Assembly: GCA_964649665.1 (NCBI GenBank)
Contig: CAZYPU010000003.1
Span: 1 to 44,299 of the forward strand
DNA length: 44,299 bases
DNA from: an uncultured Planctomycetia bacterium
GTDB lineage: Bacteria; Omnitrophota; Gorgyraeia; JABMRN01; RBG-13-46-9
Direction: 5' to 3'
Every line of letters starts with the position of its first letter. The first letter of the stretch is position 1. The notes beneath the pieces are model-generated. The model was not told the DNA's origin and made no database searches. It worked only from the letters and a program-made list of their open reading frames with translations. The position numbers and the translations under genes are program-made. This document shows, piece after piece, positions 7,046 through 17,522 of the stretch.

Positions 7046-8749
7046 GTGCATATTAATTTTAGCAAAACTCGCCACTTTTCCATTCTAATCGTATTCTGCG
7101 CTCTTTTCACGGTACTTATCGCGCGCCTCCTATATATCCAGATAATACGCAGTAAGCAGTTCTCTGCGCTCGCCGACAAGCAGCATAAGCTCTTCCTCAG
7201 GCTCGAGCCGCAAAGGGGGAGCATATACGACAGGCGAAACAGGGTGCTGGCCATATACATGGATGCGCCGTCCATATACGCTGTCCCCAGAGAGATAAGC
7301 GACAAGGAAAATGCCGCGGGCGTTCTGGCGGAGAAACTCGGCATCGACAGAAAACAGCTTGCACAAAAATTGCAGAAAGACAACTATTTCGCCTGGGTAA
7401 AAAGAAAAGTAGATCCTGAAACAGCGGATAAAATTGAAAAGTTGGGCATTCGCGGCGTGCTCCTGATGGACGAGCCGAAGAGGTTTTATCCCGGCGGCAA
7501 GCTCTCCTGTCATGTTTTGGGTATGACAGGCGTCGATAACGAGGGCCTGGAGGGCATAGAGCTTTATTACGACAGGGAGCTCAAGGGTGAACCCGGCTGG
7601 CGCCTTTCTTCGAGAGATGCCAAGAGGAGGGAAGTTATTTCTTTTCAAAGAGGCTTTGTGCCCGCGCGTGAGGGCAAAAGCGTTGTCCTTACCGTTGACG
7701 AAGTTATACAGCATATCATAGAGAAAGAGATCGAGTATCTCCTGCAGCAGTACAAACCCGCGGCCGTTTCCGTAGTGGCGCTTAACCCGCGGACCGGCGA
7801 AATCTTAGGCATGGCAAATTATCCCTGGTTTGACCCGAACGATATTTCCGGCGTGGACGCCTCCGCGGTAAGGAACAGGGCCATAACCGATTCGTTTGAG
7901 CCGGGCAGTGTTTTTAAAGTAGTAACCGCAAGCGCGGCGCTCGAGGAAGGAATCGTTGACTTTGACAGCGAATTCTACTGCGAGAAAGGCGCCTACAAAA
8001 TCGGTAAAAGAACGTTGCACGATTACCGGCCTTATGGTACATTAAAATTCAGCGAGATAATAGAGAAGTCGAGCAATATAGGCACTGTCAAGGTGGCCGG
8101 CAAATTGGGCAGGGAGAAACTGGCGGAGTATATAAAGCGCTTTAATTTTGGCGAAACCACAGGTATTGACCTGCCGGGCGAGGCCGCGGGCATAATACGC
8201 AATCCCTCGGGCTGGACATATGTTGACATGACGACGATACCCATGGGCCAGGGCATCGCCGTTACGGCGCTGCAGCTTGCGTCCTGCGTTTCAGTTATCG
8301 CAAACGACGGCGCCTTAATGCGGCCATACGTCGTTAAAAAATTTCTGGACAAAGAAGGCGCCGCCATAGAAGAAAACAAGCCGAGAACGGTGCGAAGGGT
8401 AATTTCGAAAGAAACCGCCCGCAAGGTTAAGAAATTGCTTGCCGGGGTCGTGGAGAAGGGCACCGGGACCCGGGCGCGCCTTGAAAATTTTACCGCATGC
8501 GGGAAAACCGGCACCGCCGAAAAGGTAAATCCGAGAGGCGGTTATTACAAAAACAAATACATAAGTTCTTTTATCGGTTTCGCGCCCTGCGAGAAGCCTG
8601 CGGTGGCGCTTGTTGTTTGCGTGGACGAGCCCGTGAGGGAACATTTCGGAAGCCGCGTTGCGGCCCCCGCGTTTAAACGAATGATGGAAAAGATTTTGCC
8701 CTATTTGGAAATCGAAAGCGATAAAGGTGAAACTAAAAAAAGTTCTTGA
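7046..8749 (+). CDS. ftsI: Divisome transpeptidase PBP3
   Basis: RGSIYDR, EPGSVFK (SxxK), SSN and KTGT motifs. Confidence 0.93.
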   Translation: MHINFSKTRHFSILIVFCALFTVLIARLLYIQIIRSKQFSALADKQHKLFLRLEPQRGSIYDRRNRVLAIYMDAPSIYAVPREISDKENAAGVLAEKLGIDRKQLAQKLQKDNYFAWVKRKVDPETADKIEKLGIRGVLLMDEPKRFYPGGKLSCHVLGMTGVDNEGLEGIELYYDRELKGEPGWRLSSRDAKRREVISFQRGFVPAREGKSVVLTVDEVIQHIIEKEIEYLLQQYKPAAVSVVALNPRTGEILGMANYPWFDPNDISGVDASAVRNRAITDSFEPGSVFKVVTASAALEEGIVDFDSEFYCEKGAYKIGKRTLHDYRPYGTLKFSEIIEKSSNIGTVKVAGKLGREKLAEYIKRFNFGETTGIDLPGEAAGIIRNPSGWTYVDMTTIPMGQGIAVTALQLASCVSVIANDGALMRPYVVKKFLDKEGAAIEENKPRTVRRVISKETARKVKKLLAGVVEKGTGTRARLENFTACGKTGTAEKVNPRGGYYKNKYISSFIGFAPCEKPAVALVVCVDEPVREHFGSRVAAPAFKRMMEKILPYLEIESDKGETKKSS

Positions 8750-11480
8750 GGGCCTGAACCTAAAAATACCTCCCCGACTCGCGGAAGCCGGCATTTCCTG
8801 TGTTTCGGATGATTCCAGGCGCGTGAAAAGGAAGTGTCTCTTTATCGCGGTAAAAGGCTTTAAGCGCGACGGGCATAAGTTTATAAATGAAGCGTTTGCC
8901 CGGGGCGCCGCGGCTGTGATCGTGGATGGAAAAAAACGCATACCGCAAAACCGGAAGAACATTATTAAAGCCGGGGATACGCGTGAGGCGCTTTCCGTAG
9001 CGGCAGAAAACTTCTACCGTTCGCCTTCAAAAAAGTTTAAGGTTATCGGGATAACGGGGACAAACGGCAAGACGACAACGTCGCTTTTGATAGAGAGTAT
9101 ATTCAAGGCGGCGGGCATCCCCTGCGGCGTAATAGGCACGATAGAGTACAGGGCAGGCTCGCGCAGCATGCCCGCCCTGCGAACCACGCCGGGACCGCTC
9201 GAAGCAAACGCATTACTGGATAAAATGATTAAAAACGCTTATCCCGCGGCCGTTATGGAAATTTCAAGCCACGCTCTCGACCAGAAAAGAGCCCGGGGTA
9301 TTTATTTTGACGCCGCCGTTTTTACAAATCTTACACATGAACACCTTGATTACCACGGCACTTTAAAACGCTATTTTGCGAGCAAAGTAAAGATCTTCGA
9401 GAACCTTAAAAAAGGCGGTACCGCGATAATCAACGCGGACGAAAAATTCGCCGCATTGTGCGCGAGAAAGATAAAAGATCACAGAATAATCAGATACGGC
9501 TTTTGCAGAAACGCGGATGTCAGCGCGGATATCCGCAAAACGGGCCTCGCCGGATCCTCTTTTATCATCAGGGCAGGAAAGACGCTCTCGATCCCCATCC
9601 GGACGCGTCTGGTGGGCCCGCATAATGTTTCGAACATTCTCGCGGCCGCCTCGGCCGCAATCGCGCAGGGTATTGACGCGGGCGCGATAAAGAAAGGGAT
9701 CGAGAGCGTTAAAAATGTGCCGGGCAGGCTTGAGCCGGTCGAAGCGCGCCAGGCGTTCAGGGTATTCGTGGATTACGCCCACACGCATAATGCCATGGAA
9801 AATGTCCTCAAGTTCCTGAGACGCGTTAAGTCAGGGAATATCATTACGGTTTTCGGCTGCGGCGGAGAAAGGGACAGAAAGAAAAGGCCCCTTATGGGCG
9901 CCGTCGCGCAGAAATTTTCCGATTTTGTAATAATAACCACTGATAACCCGCGAAACGAAAACCCCGCCAGGATTACCCGTGAAATACTGAAGGGGATAAA
10001 CGGGAAAAATCGAAATTATTGTATTATTCCGGACAGAAAGGCGGCCATAGAGAAGGCTTTGGAAAAAGCGGGTGAAGGCGACATAGTGCTGATAGCCGGC
10101 AAGGGCCACGAGCGCGCGCAGATTATAGGCGGCAGGGAGATACCGTTTGACGATAAAAAGGTCGCGGAGGATGTATTAAAAAAAACAGTTCTTGAACGGC
10201 TGGATCCAAATCGGATCTCCACGGATTCTCGGACGATAGAAAAGGGCGAAATATTCGTGGCCATAAAAGGCAAGAAGTTTGACGGCCACGATTTTGTCGA
10301 TGAAGTATTTAAGAAAGGCGCCCGGTGGGCTGTTATTTCAAACAGCCGCGGCATAAAATCCCGCCGCGGGACGATAAAGGTTGAAAATACCACAAAGGCA
10401 TTGGGCGATATCGCTAAAACGCACAGGCGGAAGTTCGATATTCCCGTAGTGGCCGTTACCGGCTCAACCGGCAAAACAACGGCAAAAGAGATGATAGCGC
10501 ATGTTCTCTCGGCGAAGTATAACGTGCTTAAGAACGAAAAATCGAACAACAGTTTCGTGGGCCTTCCGCTTACGCTGGCAAAACTCAATAAAGGGCACCA
10601 GGTGTGCGTGTTGGAGATGGGAATGAATCATGCCGGCGAAATTGATAAACTGTGCAAAATCGCAAAGCCGGACATAGGCGTAATCACAAATATAGGCCCG
10701 GCGCACATAGGGCTTTTGGGCAGCATGCGGCGCATATTCACGGCCAAGGCGGAACTTTTGAATAATCTGCCGGAAAGCGGCGCCGCGATTTTAAATAAGG
10801 ACGACGTTTACCTGAAGGGCATTACGCGCCTGAGGTGCCGTAAGGTTTACTTCGGATTTGACAAACGATGCGATTTTCGCGCCGATAACCCGGAGCGCAA
10901 AGGGGACGGATGGCGGTTTTCCGTGGGGAAGGAGAGTTTTGAGCTTGGTCTTATCGGGAAACACAATATTTACAATGTCTTAATCGCGATCGCCGTCGCG
11001 CAGCAATTTAACATAAGCCTCCGCCTTATCGGCAGGATGATAAAATCCTTCAGGCAAAGGTGCCCGATGCGGCTCGAATTCAAAAACGTGCGCGGCGTAA
11101 AAATAATGAATGACAGCTATAACTCGAATCCCTCTTCCATGGCCGGCGCGATAGAGGCGCTTGCCGATTACGATACCGGGGGGAAAAGAATTATCGTAAG
11201 CGGGGACATGTTTGAACTGGGAACGCGGGCAAAGGCCCTGCACGAGGGGCTGGGAAGGGCAATCGCGAAAAGCCCGGCGGAAGTTCTCATAACGCTGGGG
11301 AAGCTCTCAAAATTTACAAATCGCGCAGCCGCGCAAAAAGGCGTGTGCGTTCTTTATCACGCCGCATCCTGCGGCGACGCCGCCGGATTTTTGAAAAAAG
11401 TCGCGAAACCGGGCGACGTGGTGCTGGTGAAAGGCTCGCGGGAAATGCGGATGGAAAAAGTCATCGAAAAGTTCAAGTAG
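8727..11480 (+). CDS. murE-murF: Bifunctional MurE-MurF fusion ligase
   Basis: 917 aa with two complete Mur ligases: GITGTNGKTT...DYAH...DNPR (MurE, meso-DAP type), then STDSR...VTGSTGKTT...NDSYNSNP...VKGSR (MurF). Confidence 0.93.
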   Translation: MKLKKVLEGLNLKIPPRLAEAGISCVSDDSRRVKRKCLFIAVKGFKRDGHKFINEAFARGAAAVIVDGKKRIPQNRKNIIKAGDTREALSVAAENFYRSPSKKFKVIGITGTNGKTTTSLLIESIFKAAGIPCGVIGTIEYRAGSRSMPALRTTPGPLEANALLDKMIKNAYPAAVMEISSHALDQKRARGIYFDAAVFTNLTHEHLDYHGTLKRYFASKVKIFENLKKGGTAIINADEKFAALCARKIKDHRIIRYGFCRNADVSADIRKTGLAGSSFIIRAGKTLSIPIRTRLVGPHNVSNILAAASAAIAQGIDAGAIKKGIESVKNVPGRLEPVEARQAFRVFVDYAHTHNAMENVLKFLRRVKSGNIITVFGCGGERDRKKRPLMGAVAQKFSDFVIITTDNPRNENPARITREILKGINGKNRNYCIIPDRKAAIEKALEKAGEGDIVLIAGKGHERAQIIGGREIPFDDKKVAEDVLKKTVLERLDPNRISTDSRTIEKGEIFVAIKGKKFDGHDFVDEVFKKGARWAVISNSRGIKSRRGTIKVENTTKALGDIAKTHRRKFDIPVVAVTGSTGKTTAKEMIAHVLSAKYNVLKNEKSNNSFVGLPLTLAKLNKGHQVCVLEMGMNHAGEIDKLCKIAKPDIGVITNIGPAHIGLLGSMRRIFTAKAELLNNLPESGAAILNKDDVYLKGITRLRCRKVYFGFDKRCDFRADNPERKGDGWRFSVGKESFELGLIGKHNIYNVLIAIAVAQQFNISLRLIGRMIKSFRQRCPMRLEFKNVRGVKIMNDSYNSNPSSMAGAIEALADYDTGGKRIIVSGDMFELGTRAKALHEGLGRAIAKSPAEVLITLGKLSKFTNRAAAQKGVCVLYHAASCGDAAGFLKKVAKPGDVVLVKGSREMRMEKVIEKFK

Positions 11481-11485
11481 AAAAA

Positions 11486-12574
11486 ATGCTGTACTATCTA
11501 CTATACCCCTTAAAAGACCTGTGGTTCGGGTTTAACGTATTCAAGTACGTTACCTTTAGAGCGGCGATGGCGAGCATAACGGCCTTTGTCCTGAGCGTCA
11601 TAATAGGCCCGTTCGTTATCAAAAAACTTTCCCTCATGAAAATAGGCGACTCGCCGAGAAGGCAGCATGTCGAAGACCTCTATGAGCTGCACAAGCACAA
11701 AGAAGGAACGCCGACAATGGGCGGCATCGTTATCATATTATCCATGCTTATTTCCACGTTTCTCTGGGCCCGGCTCGATAACACTTTTATTATCCTCTGC
11801 CTCATAAGCGTCCTCTGGCTCGGTATAGTCGGTTTCGTAGATGATTATATAAAACTGGTCAAGGTAAAATCGCCCGGATTGAGCGCTACGGCAAAATTCG
11901 CCGGGCAGCTTGTGTTAGGCATAGGAGTAGGGCTTTACCTTTATTTTGACGCTCAGGTTTCCACGGCCCTTTATGTGCCTTTTTTAAAGCACGCGCTTTT
12001 TAATCTGGGCGTGCTGTATATTTTATTTGTCGTCCTTGTTATTGTCGGCACGAGCAACGCTGTAAACATAACGGACGGGCTGGACGGCCTGGCGGTCGGC
12101 TGCGTCAGTTTCATAGCCCTAAGCTACAGTGTGATCAGCTATCTGACCGGCCACCTTGGATTCAGTAACTACCTGAATATTTATTACCTTGCCGGAAGCG
12201 GAGAACTCACGGTATTCTGCGCAACCATAGTGGGCGCGGGGCTCGGATTTTTGTGGTTTAATTCTTATCCGGCGACGATTTTCATGGGCGATACGGGGTC
12301 GCTGCCGCTCGGAGGGGCTATCGGCATAGTAAGTGTCCTTATAAAAAAAGAGGTGCTTCTCCTTGTGGTGGGCGGGATATTTGTCGCGGAAGTCCTTAGC
12401 GTGATAATCCAAGTCGTATCGTTCAGGGTTTACAAGAGGCGTGTTTTCCGGATGGCCCCGCTTCACCATCACCTGCAGCTTTTGGGATGGCCGGAACCCA
12501 AAATTATCGTGCGTTTCTGGATAGTGGGGATTCTGCTGGCACTATTCGGGCTTGCAACACTGAAACTGATGTAA
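11486..12574 (+). CDS. mraY: Phospho-MurNAc-pentapeptide transferase
   Basis: Start re-assigned to MLYYLLY; GTPTMGG, NAVNITDGLDGL, FMGDTGS and MAPLHHH motifs. Confidence 0.96.
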   Translation: MLYYLLYPLKDLWFGFNVFKYVTFRAAMASITAFVLSVIIGPFVIKKLSLMKIGDSPRRQHVEDLYELHKHKEGTPTMGGIVIILSMLISTFLWARLDNTFIILCLISVLWLGIVGFVDDYIKLVKVKSPGLSATAKFAGQLVLGIGVGLYLYFDAQVSTALYVPFLKHALFNLGVLYILFVVLVIVGTSNAVNITDGLDGLAVGCVSFIALSYSVISYLTGHLGFSNYLNIYYLAGSGELTVFCATIVGAGLGFLWFNSYPATIFMGDTGSLPLGGAIGIVSVLIKKEVLLLVVGGIFVAEVLSVIIQVVSFRVYKRRVFRMAPLHHHLQLLGWPEPKIIVRFWIVGILLALFGLATLKLM

Positions 12575-12576
12575 GA

Positions 12577-13950
12577 ATGGACCTTCGCAACAAAAAAGTT
12601 ACCGTAGTGGGACTCGGCAATAGCGGCATAGGCAGCGCGATCCTTTTACATTCGGAGGGCGCCGTTGTTTCCGTTACGGATAGCGCTGATACCGGGAGCG
12701 TAAGGAAAAACAAGGCGCTTCTTAGAGAAAAATATATTGACGCGGAAATAGGCGTTCATAGCGAAAATTTCCTGAAGGGGACGGAGCTGTTTGTGGTGAG
12801 CCCCGGCATAGAGAATTCTTCGCTGCCTCTCCGCTACGCGAAAGAGAACAGTATTCCGGTAATAAGCGAGCTGGAGCTGGGATACAATTTCTGCAAAGCG
12901 CCGGTAGCAGCCGTTACCGGCACAAACGGAAAATCTACGGTAGTTTCCCTGATCGGCCGCATTCTGCAGGCGGCGGGTGTTCCGGCGGTGGTGTGCGGTA
13001 ACATAGGAAATTCGCTGTCAGGAGAAATATGCGCTCCCGGCCCCAAGCGCATCACAAAGAACACGGTGGTGATTCTCGAAGTAAGTTCATTCCAGCTCGA
13101 GCGGATAATCTCCTTCCGGCCGAAAATATCCGTTATACTCAATGTCAGCGAAGACCACATGGACAGGCACAGCGATTTTAAGGATTATCTCGGGGCCAAA
13201 AAAAATATATTCAAAAATCAGAAAAAAGACGATATTACAGTATTGAATTACGATGACAGCAATTCACGGAAGTTGGGCGCTTCCGGCGAGATCGCTTCCA
13301 GGGTCCTTTATTTCAGCGCCGGGAAAAAGGTTGAAGGCGCGTATCTCGAGAAAGGGGCGGTGAAGACGTTCCTGAAAAAGAAGGTGAAATGGCTTTTCGA
13401 CCTGAAAGAACCGGGCTTCAAAGGCGCTCACAATGCAGAGAACATTCTGGCGGCGGTATTGGTATCGGTTCTGCTCGGCGCGGATAGGGCCGCCATGGAA
13501 AAATCGGTGAAGCATTTTACCCCGCTGGCGCACAGGTTCGAAGTAATAGCAAAAGTGGACGGAGTTGATTTTATCGACGACTCCAAGGCGACAAACGTGG
13601 ATTCGACTTACCGCGCGCTCAAAGTAGCCGGACGGCGCACTATCCTAATAGCCGGCGGGAAAGATAAAAACCTTCCGTACGAGAAGATCGTACCCGCGTT
13701 GAAAAAAGGCGTAAAGAAAGTTGTCCTGATAGGCGAGGCGCGGGGTAAAATGCGGGGCATCTTCGAAAAATACGTGGACGTCGAAGAGAAGGATTCGCTT
13801 GAAGAAGCCGTTTTTACCGCCTATAAAAGCGCCTCTCCGGGCGACTGTGTGCTCCTTTCGCCCATGTGCTCGAGTTTCGACATGTTCACTGACTATCGAC
13901 ATCGGGGCGAGGTGTTTCGCGAAGCGGTAAAGAAATTAAAAAATGCCTGA
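12577..13950 (+). CDS. murD: UDP-MurNAc-L-Ala:D-Glu ligase
   Basis: Start re-assigned to MDLRNKK; VTGTNGKSTV, LEVSSFQL, DDSKATN and LSPMCSSFDMF motifs. Confidence 0.96.
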   Translation: MDLRNKKVTVVGLGNSGIGSAILLHSEGAVVSVTDSADTGSVRKNKALLREKYIDAEIGVHSENFLKGTELFVVSPGIENSSLPLRYAKENSIPVISELELGYNFCKAPVAAVTGTNGKSTVVSLIGRILQAAGVPAVVCGNIGNSLSGEICAPGPKRITKNTVVILEVSSFQLERIISFRPKISVILNVSEDHMDRHSDFKDYLGAKKNIFKNQKKDDITVLNYDDSNSRKLGASGEIASRVLYFSAGKKVEGAYLEKGAVKTFLKKKVKWLFDLKEPGFKGAHNAENILAAVLVSVLLGADRAAMEKSVKHFTPLAHRFEVIAKVDGVDFIDDSKATNVDSTYRALKVAGRRTILIAGGKDKNLPYEKIVPALKKGVKKVVLIGEARGKMRGIFEKYVDVEEKDSLEEAVFTAYKSASPGDCVLLSPMCSSFDMFTDYRHRGEVFREAVKKLKNA

Positions 13951-15028
13951 GATAAGAAGGTCGGTTTTTATCACTGCGTTTACGCTCATAGCGATAGGCG
14001 TTGTTATGCTGTATTCCTCGAGCGCCATATACGCGTATGAAAAAAGCGGCGACGCCGCCTTTTTTTTAAAAAAGCACCTGTGGTTTTTACTGCTCGGATT
14101 TATTTTTATGTTTTGCGCCATGTCCGTAAAACTCGCAAAAGTCGAGAGGTCATCGCGAATTTTAATGTCAGCGGCGATTTTGCTGCTGCTGGCCGTGCTG
14201 GTTCCGGGCGTTGGCGTTGCGGTGCGCGGGGCGCGGCGGTGGTTCAGGATCGCAGGCGTCGTAAGTTTCCAGCCGTCCGAATTCGCAAAGTTCGCGGTTA
14301 TAATATACCTGGCCTCATTCGTAAGCAGAAAGGGATACAGGATTAAAGATTTGCTCCGGGGCTACATCCCGGTCAGTGCGGTGATTTTGCTGACGAGCGG
14401 CCTTATTTTACTCCAGCCCGATTTCGGGACATCCGTGTCAGTTTTTATTATGGGATTTCTCATTATTTTTGCCTCCGGCGCAAAACTCAAACACCTGATG
14501 ACAACGGCGCTTCTTGCGATTCCGTTTCTGTACTACCTGGTATTCAGCGTGCCTTACAGGCGCAAGAGAATGCTTATATTCCTTAATCCGTGGCGAGAGG
14601 CGGAAGGCGGCGGTTTTCAGATTGTCCAGTCGCTTATCGCGCTCGGGTCGGGTGGGCTGCTTGGTGTCGGCCTGGGGCAGTCGAAGCAGAAACTTTTCTA
14701 CCTTCCCGAGTCTCATACGGATTTTATTTTTTCCATAATAGGCGAGGAGCTCGGTTTCGCGGGCGCGATCTGCGTTGTTATATTATTCGGCGTTTTTGTG
14801 TGGCAGGGAATGCGCGCCTTTTTCAGGGAACATCGCCCGTTTAATAAAATCCTCATATTCGGCATAACGGGCATGATAGGTTTTGAGGCGCTGGTCAATA
14901 TCGGCGTAAACATGGGCGCTTTTCCCACAAAGGGCCTGCCGCTTCCGTTTGTGAGCTACGGCGGTTCGTCGCTCGTATTCCACATGGCTGCCCTGGGGCT
15001 TCTGTTAAATGCGATGAGGGAAGAATGA
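13943..15028 (+). CDS. ftsW: SEDS glycosyltransferase FtsW
   Basis: GARRW, FQPSEFAK, QPDFG, LPESHTDFIF and SYGGSS motifs; dcw position. Confidence 0.95.
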   Translation: MPEIRRSVFITAFTLIAIGVVMLYSSSAIYAYEKSGDAAFFLKKHLWFLLLGFIFMFCAMSVKLAKVERSSRILMSAAILLLLAVLVPGVGVAVRGARRWFRIAGVVSFQPSEFAKFAVIIYLASFVSRKGYRIKDLLRGYIPVSAVILLTSGLILLQPDFGTSVSVFIMGFLIIFASGAKLKHLMTTALLAIPFLYYLVFSVPYRRKRMLIFLNPWREAEGGGFQIVQSLIALGSGGLLGVGLGQSKQKLFYLPESHTDFIFSIIGEELGFAGAICVVILFGVFVWQGMRAFFREHRPFNKILIFGITGMIGFEALVNIGVNMGAFPTKGLPLPFVSYGGSSLVFHMAALGLLLNAMREE

Positions 15029-16116
15029 AGGTACTGATCGCTTCGGGGGGAAGCGGCGGCCATATTTTTCCGGCCGTTTCCCTTGCAAGGGAGTTAAGAA
15101 AAATCGGCGCCGAGATAATTTTTGTCGCCTCGAGAAGGCGCCTTGACAGGAGCATTCTTGAAAAAGAGCCGTATAAAAAGATATTTCTATCCGTCAATCC
15201 CATGCCGTATAAATTCGGCCTGCGCGCGCTTATCTTTCCCTTTAAACTGGCGCTGGACGCGCTGGCGGCTTTCGCTATCCTTGTTAAATACAGGCCGGAG
15301 ACGGTTATCGGTTTTGGCGGCTACACTTCCGGCGCCATGGTGCTGCTGGGCTCGGTGATGAACGTGAGAACAATCATACATGAGCAGAACGTAATCCCCG
15401 GCAGGACAAACAGGTTTCTTGACAGAGTTGCAGGATCGGTAGCGCTGAGTTTTTCTGAAACGGGAAAATATTTTTCCAACAGGAATGTGATAATCACCGG
15501 GAACCCGCTACGGGAAGAGAGCCTCAAAGAGACCCGGACAGGCGCCCTCGGGGGTTTTAAACTCGATACCGAAAGAATGACTATCCTCGTCATGGGCGGG
15601 AGTCAGGGCGCAAGTTCCCTTAACAGGCTGGTTTCGGAAAGCGTGGTGCTTCTTCCGGCTGCGAAAAAAAAGCGGTTGCAGATTATTCATATAGCCGGCG
15701 CGAAAAAAACAGGGGAAATCCAAAAACGTTATGACGAAGAGGGCATACGCGCCCGGGTGTACGCATTTATACCGAACATAAACGAGGCCTACAGCGTAAG
15801 CGACATGGCAATCAGCCGTTCGGGCGCCGCGGCGGTATTTGAACTCGCTGCGTTCAGGAAGCCGATGATCCTGATACCTTACCCGGAGGAAAAGAATAAC
15901 CAGCGTTTTAACGCGATTTATTTTGCGGAAAAAAACGCCGCGATTTACAGGGACGAGAAAAACCTGCGAATAGAAGAGCTGCGGGACCTGATATCGGCCC
16001 TTATGGACGATTCGGCTAAACGCGGGATGCTCGCGGACAATGCCGGCAAACTTAGCGTTACGGACGGGGCGAAGAAATTAGCGGAGATTGTATGCATGAT
16101 AAAAAAATCCACATGA
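15025..16116 (+). CDS. murG: MurG GlcNAc transferase
   Basis: GGSGGHIFP, GFGGY, HEQN, TGNP, GGSQGA and RSGA motifs. Confidence 0.96.
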   Translation: MKVLIASGGSGGHIFPAVSLARELRKIGAEIIFVASRRRLDRSILEKEPYKKIFLSVNPMPYKFGLRALIFPFKLALDALAAFAILVKYRPETVIGFGGYTSGAMVLLGSVMNVRTIIHEQNVIPGRTNRFLDRVAGSVALSFSETGKYFSNRNVIITGNPLREESLKETRTGALGGFKLDTERMTILVMGGSQGASSLNRLVSESVVLLPAAKKKRLQIIHIAGAKKTGEIQKRYDEEGIRARVYAFIPNINEAYSVSDMAISRSGAAAVFELAAFRKPMILIPYPEEKNNQRFNAIYFAEKNAAIYRDEKNLRIEELRDLISALMDDSAKRGMLADNAGKLSVTDGAKKLAEIVCMIKKST

Positions 16117-17522
16117 TCGGTATTGGCGGTATCGGCATGAGCGCGCTTGCGTTTATCCTGGCCGAGAAGGGATCAAACGTAAGCGGCTCGGATATCGAAG
16201 AAAATAATATTGTAAAAAAACTGCACAAAAAAGGAATAGCGGCGGACATAGGCCATGACGCCTCCCGCGTGAACGGCCGGGATCTCGTGGTATTTTCCTC
16301 GAGCATCCGTGCGGATAATCCAGAACTTTTACAGGCCCGTAAGAACCGGGCGAAAGTAATATCACGGATAGAACTTTTGAAAATGGTCATGGAAAAATAT
16401 GAAAGGGTTATCGGCGTTACGGGTACTCACGGAAAGACGACCATTACGGCAATGGCGGCACATCTTTTGGAGGAGGCGGGTTTTGACCCCACAGTTCTTA
16501 TCGGAGGCGAATCGCCGCATTTCGCCGGGAACGCTAAACTTGGAAAAAGCGGGACACTCGCGGCCGAAGTGGACGAAAGCGACGGCAGGCTCGTAACACT
16601 TACGGGGCTTACGCATATTATCGTTCCGAATCTCGAGCGTGAGCACCTGGAGCATTACAGGGATGAGGCGCATCTCGTGAATACGTTCAGGGATTTTCTA
16701 CGCGGGCAAACGAAAAAAGGAACCCTTTTCTGCAATTCTGACGACGGCAACCTGAAAAAAATAAAAGGCGCCTATGGCGGAAAGGTTACGTGTTTCGGTT
16801 TTTCCGAAGACGCGGACGCGCGCCTAAGCGCCGTGCAAAAAGGAATATTAAAAATTGATTTCGACTGTTCCGTCCGGCAAAAGAAAATAGGACGTTTTAC
16901 GATAAACATACCCGGCATCCACAATGCGCTGAACGCCGCGGCAGTAATTTCCCTCGGCCTGGAACTCGGCATAGGCGCGGACACGATAAAGCGCGCGCTC
17001 GCCGGTTATAGGGGAGTTAAAAGGCGATTTGAGATCATAGGCACCCTTAACGGCGCCAGGGTAGTGGAGGATTACGCGCATCATCCAACGGAAGTAAAGG
17101 CGACTATTTCCGCCGCCTGTTCCCTGAAGCCGAAAAGGTTGATAGCGGTGTTTCAGCCTCACCGCTACACGAGGACAAAATATTTCTATAAAGAATTTGC
17201 GTCCGCTTTTTCGGGAGCGGATGAAGTCATTCTTGCGGGCGTGTATTCCGCCAGCGAGGAAAAAATAGAAGGCGCAAGCTCGAAACGCATATACGACATC
17301 ATGGTGAGGGATAAGACGCTGCCCGTGAAGCTCGTGGAAACCGGTAAAATAGGGGAATATCTTTGCAGAAACGCAAAAAATGGAGACCTTGTTCTCGTGA
17401 TGGGCGCAGGGGATATAGGGAAGGTAATGCGGGGTATCGGATTGTCAACATATCAGGAGGGAAGTGGCCCAAGTGGAAATGAGGCGCGTCTTTTCGAAAA
17501 TAAAAGGGAAAGTATTATTTAA
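16092..17522 (+). CDS. murC: UDP-MurNAc:L-Ala ligase
   Basis: IGIGGIGMS, VTGTHGKTT, EVDESD, DYAHHPTE, FQPHRYTRT and GAGDI motifs; C-terminal tail overlaps murB. Confidence 0.95.
   Translation: MHDKKIHMIGIGGIGMSALAFILAEKGSNVSGSDIEENNIVKKLHKKGIAADIGHDASRVNGRDLVVFSSSIRADNPELLQARKNRAKVISRIELLKMVMEKYERVIGVTGTHGKTTITAMAAHLLEEAGFDPTVLIGGESPHFAGNAKLGKSGTLAAEVDESDGRLVTLTGLTHIIVPNLEREHLEHYRDEAHLVNTFRDFLRGQTKKGTLFCNSDDGNLKKIKGAYGGKVTCFGFSEDADARLSAVQKGILKIDFDCSVRQKKIGRFTINIPGIHNALNAAAVISLGLELGIGADTIKRALAGYRGVKRRFEIIGTLNGARVVEDYAHHPTEVKATISAACSLKPKRLIAVFQPHRYTRTKYFYKEFASAFSGADEVILAGVYSASEEKIEGASSKRIYDIMVRDKTLPVKLVETGKIGEYLCRNAKNGDLVLVMGAGDIGKVMRGIGLSTYQEGSGPSGNEARLFENKRESII

Noticed and set aside
11345-11485. 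N-terminal extensions given by the ORF track for mraY (also murD, pfkB, dksA-like, lspA, rluD, mreD, rodA)
   Set aside because: They overlap upstream genes and lack homology-like features; downstream starts match family N-termini
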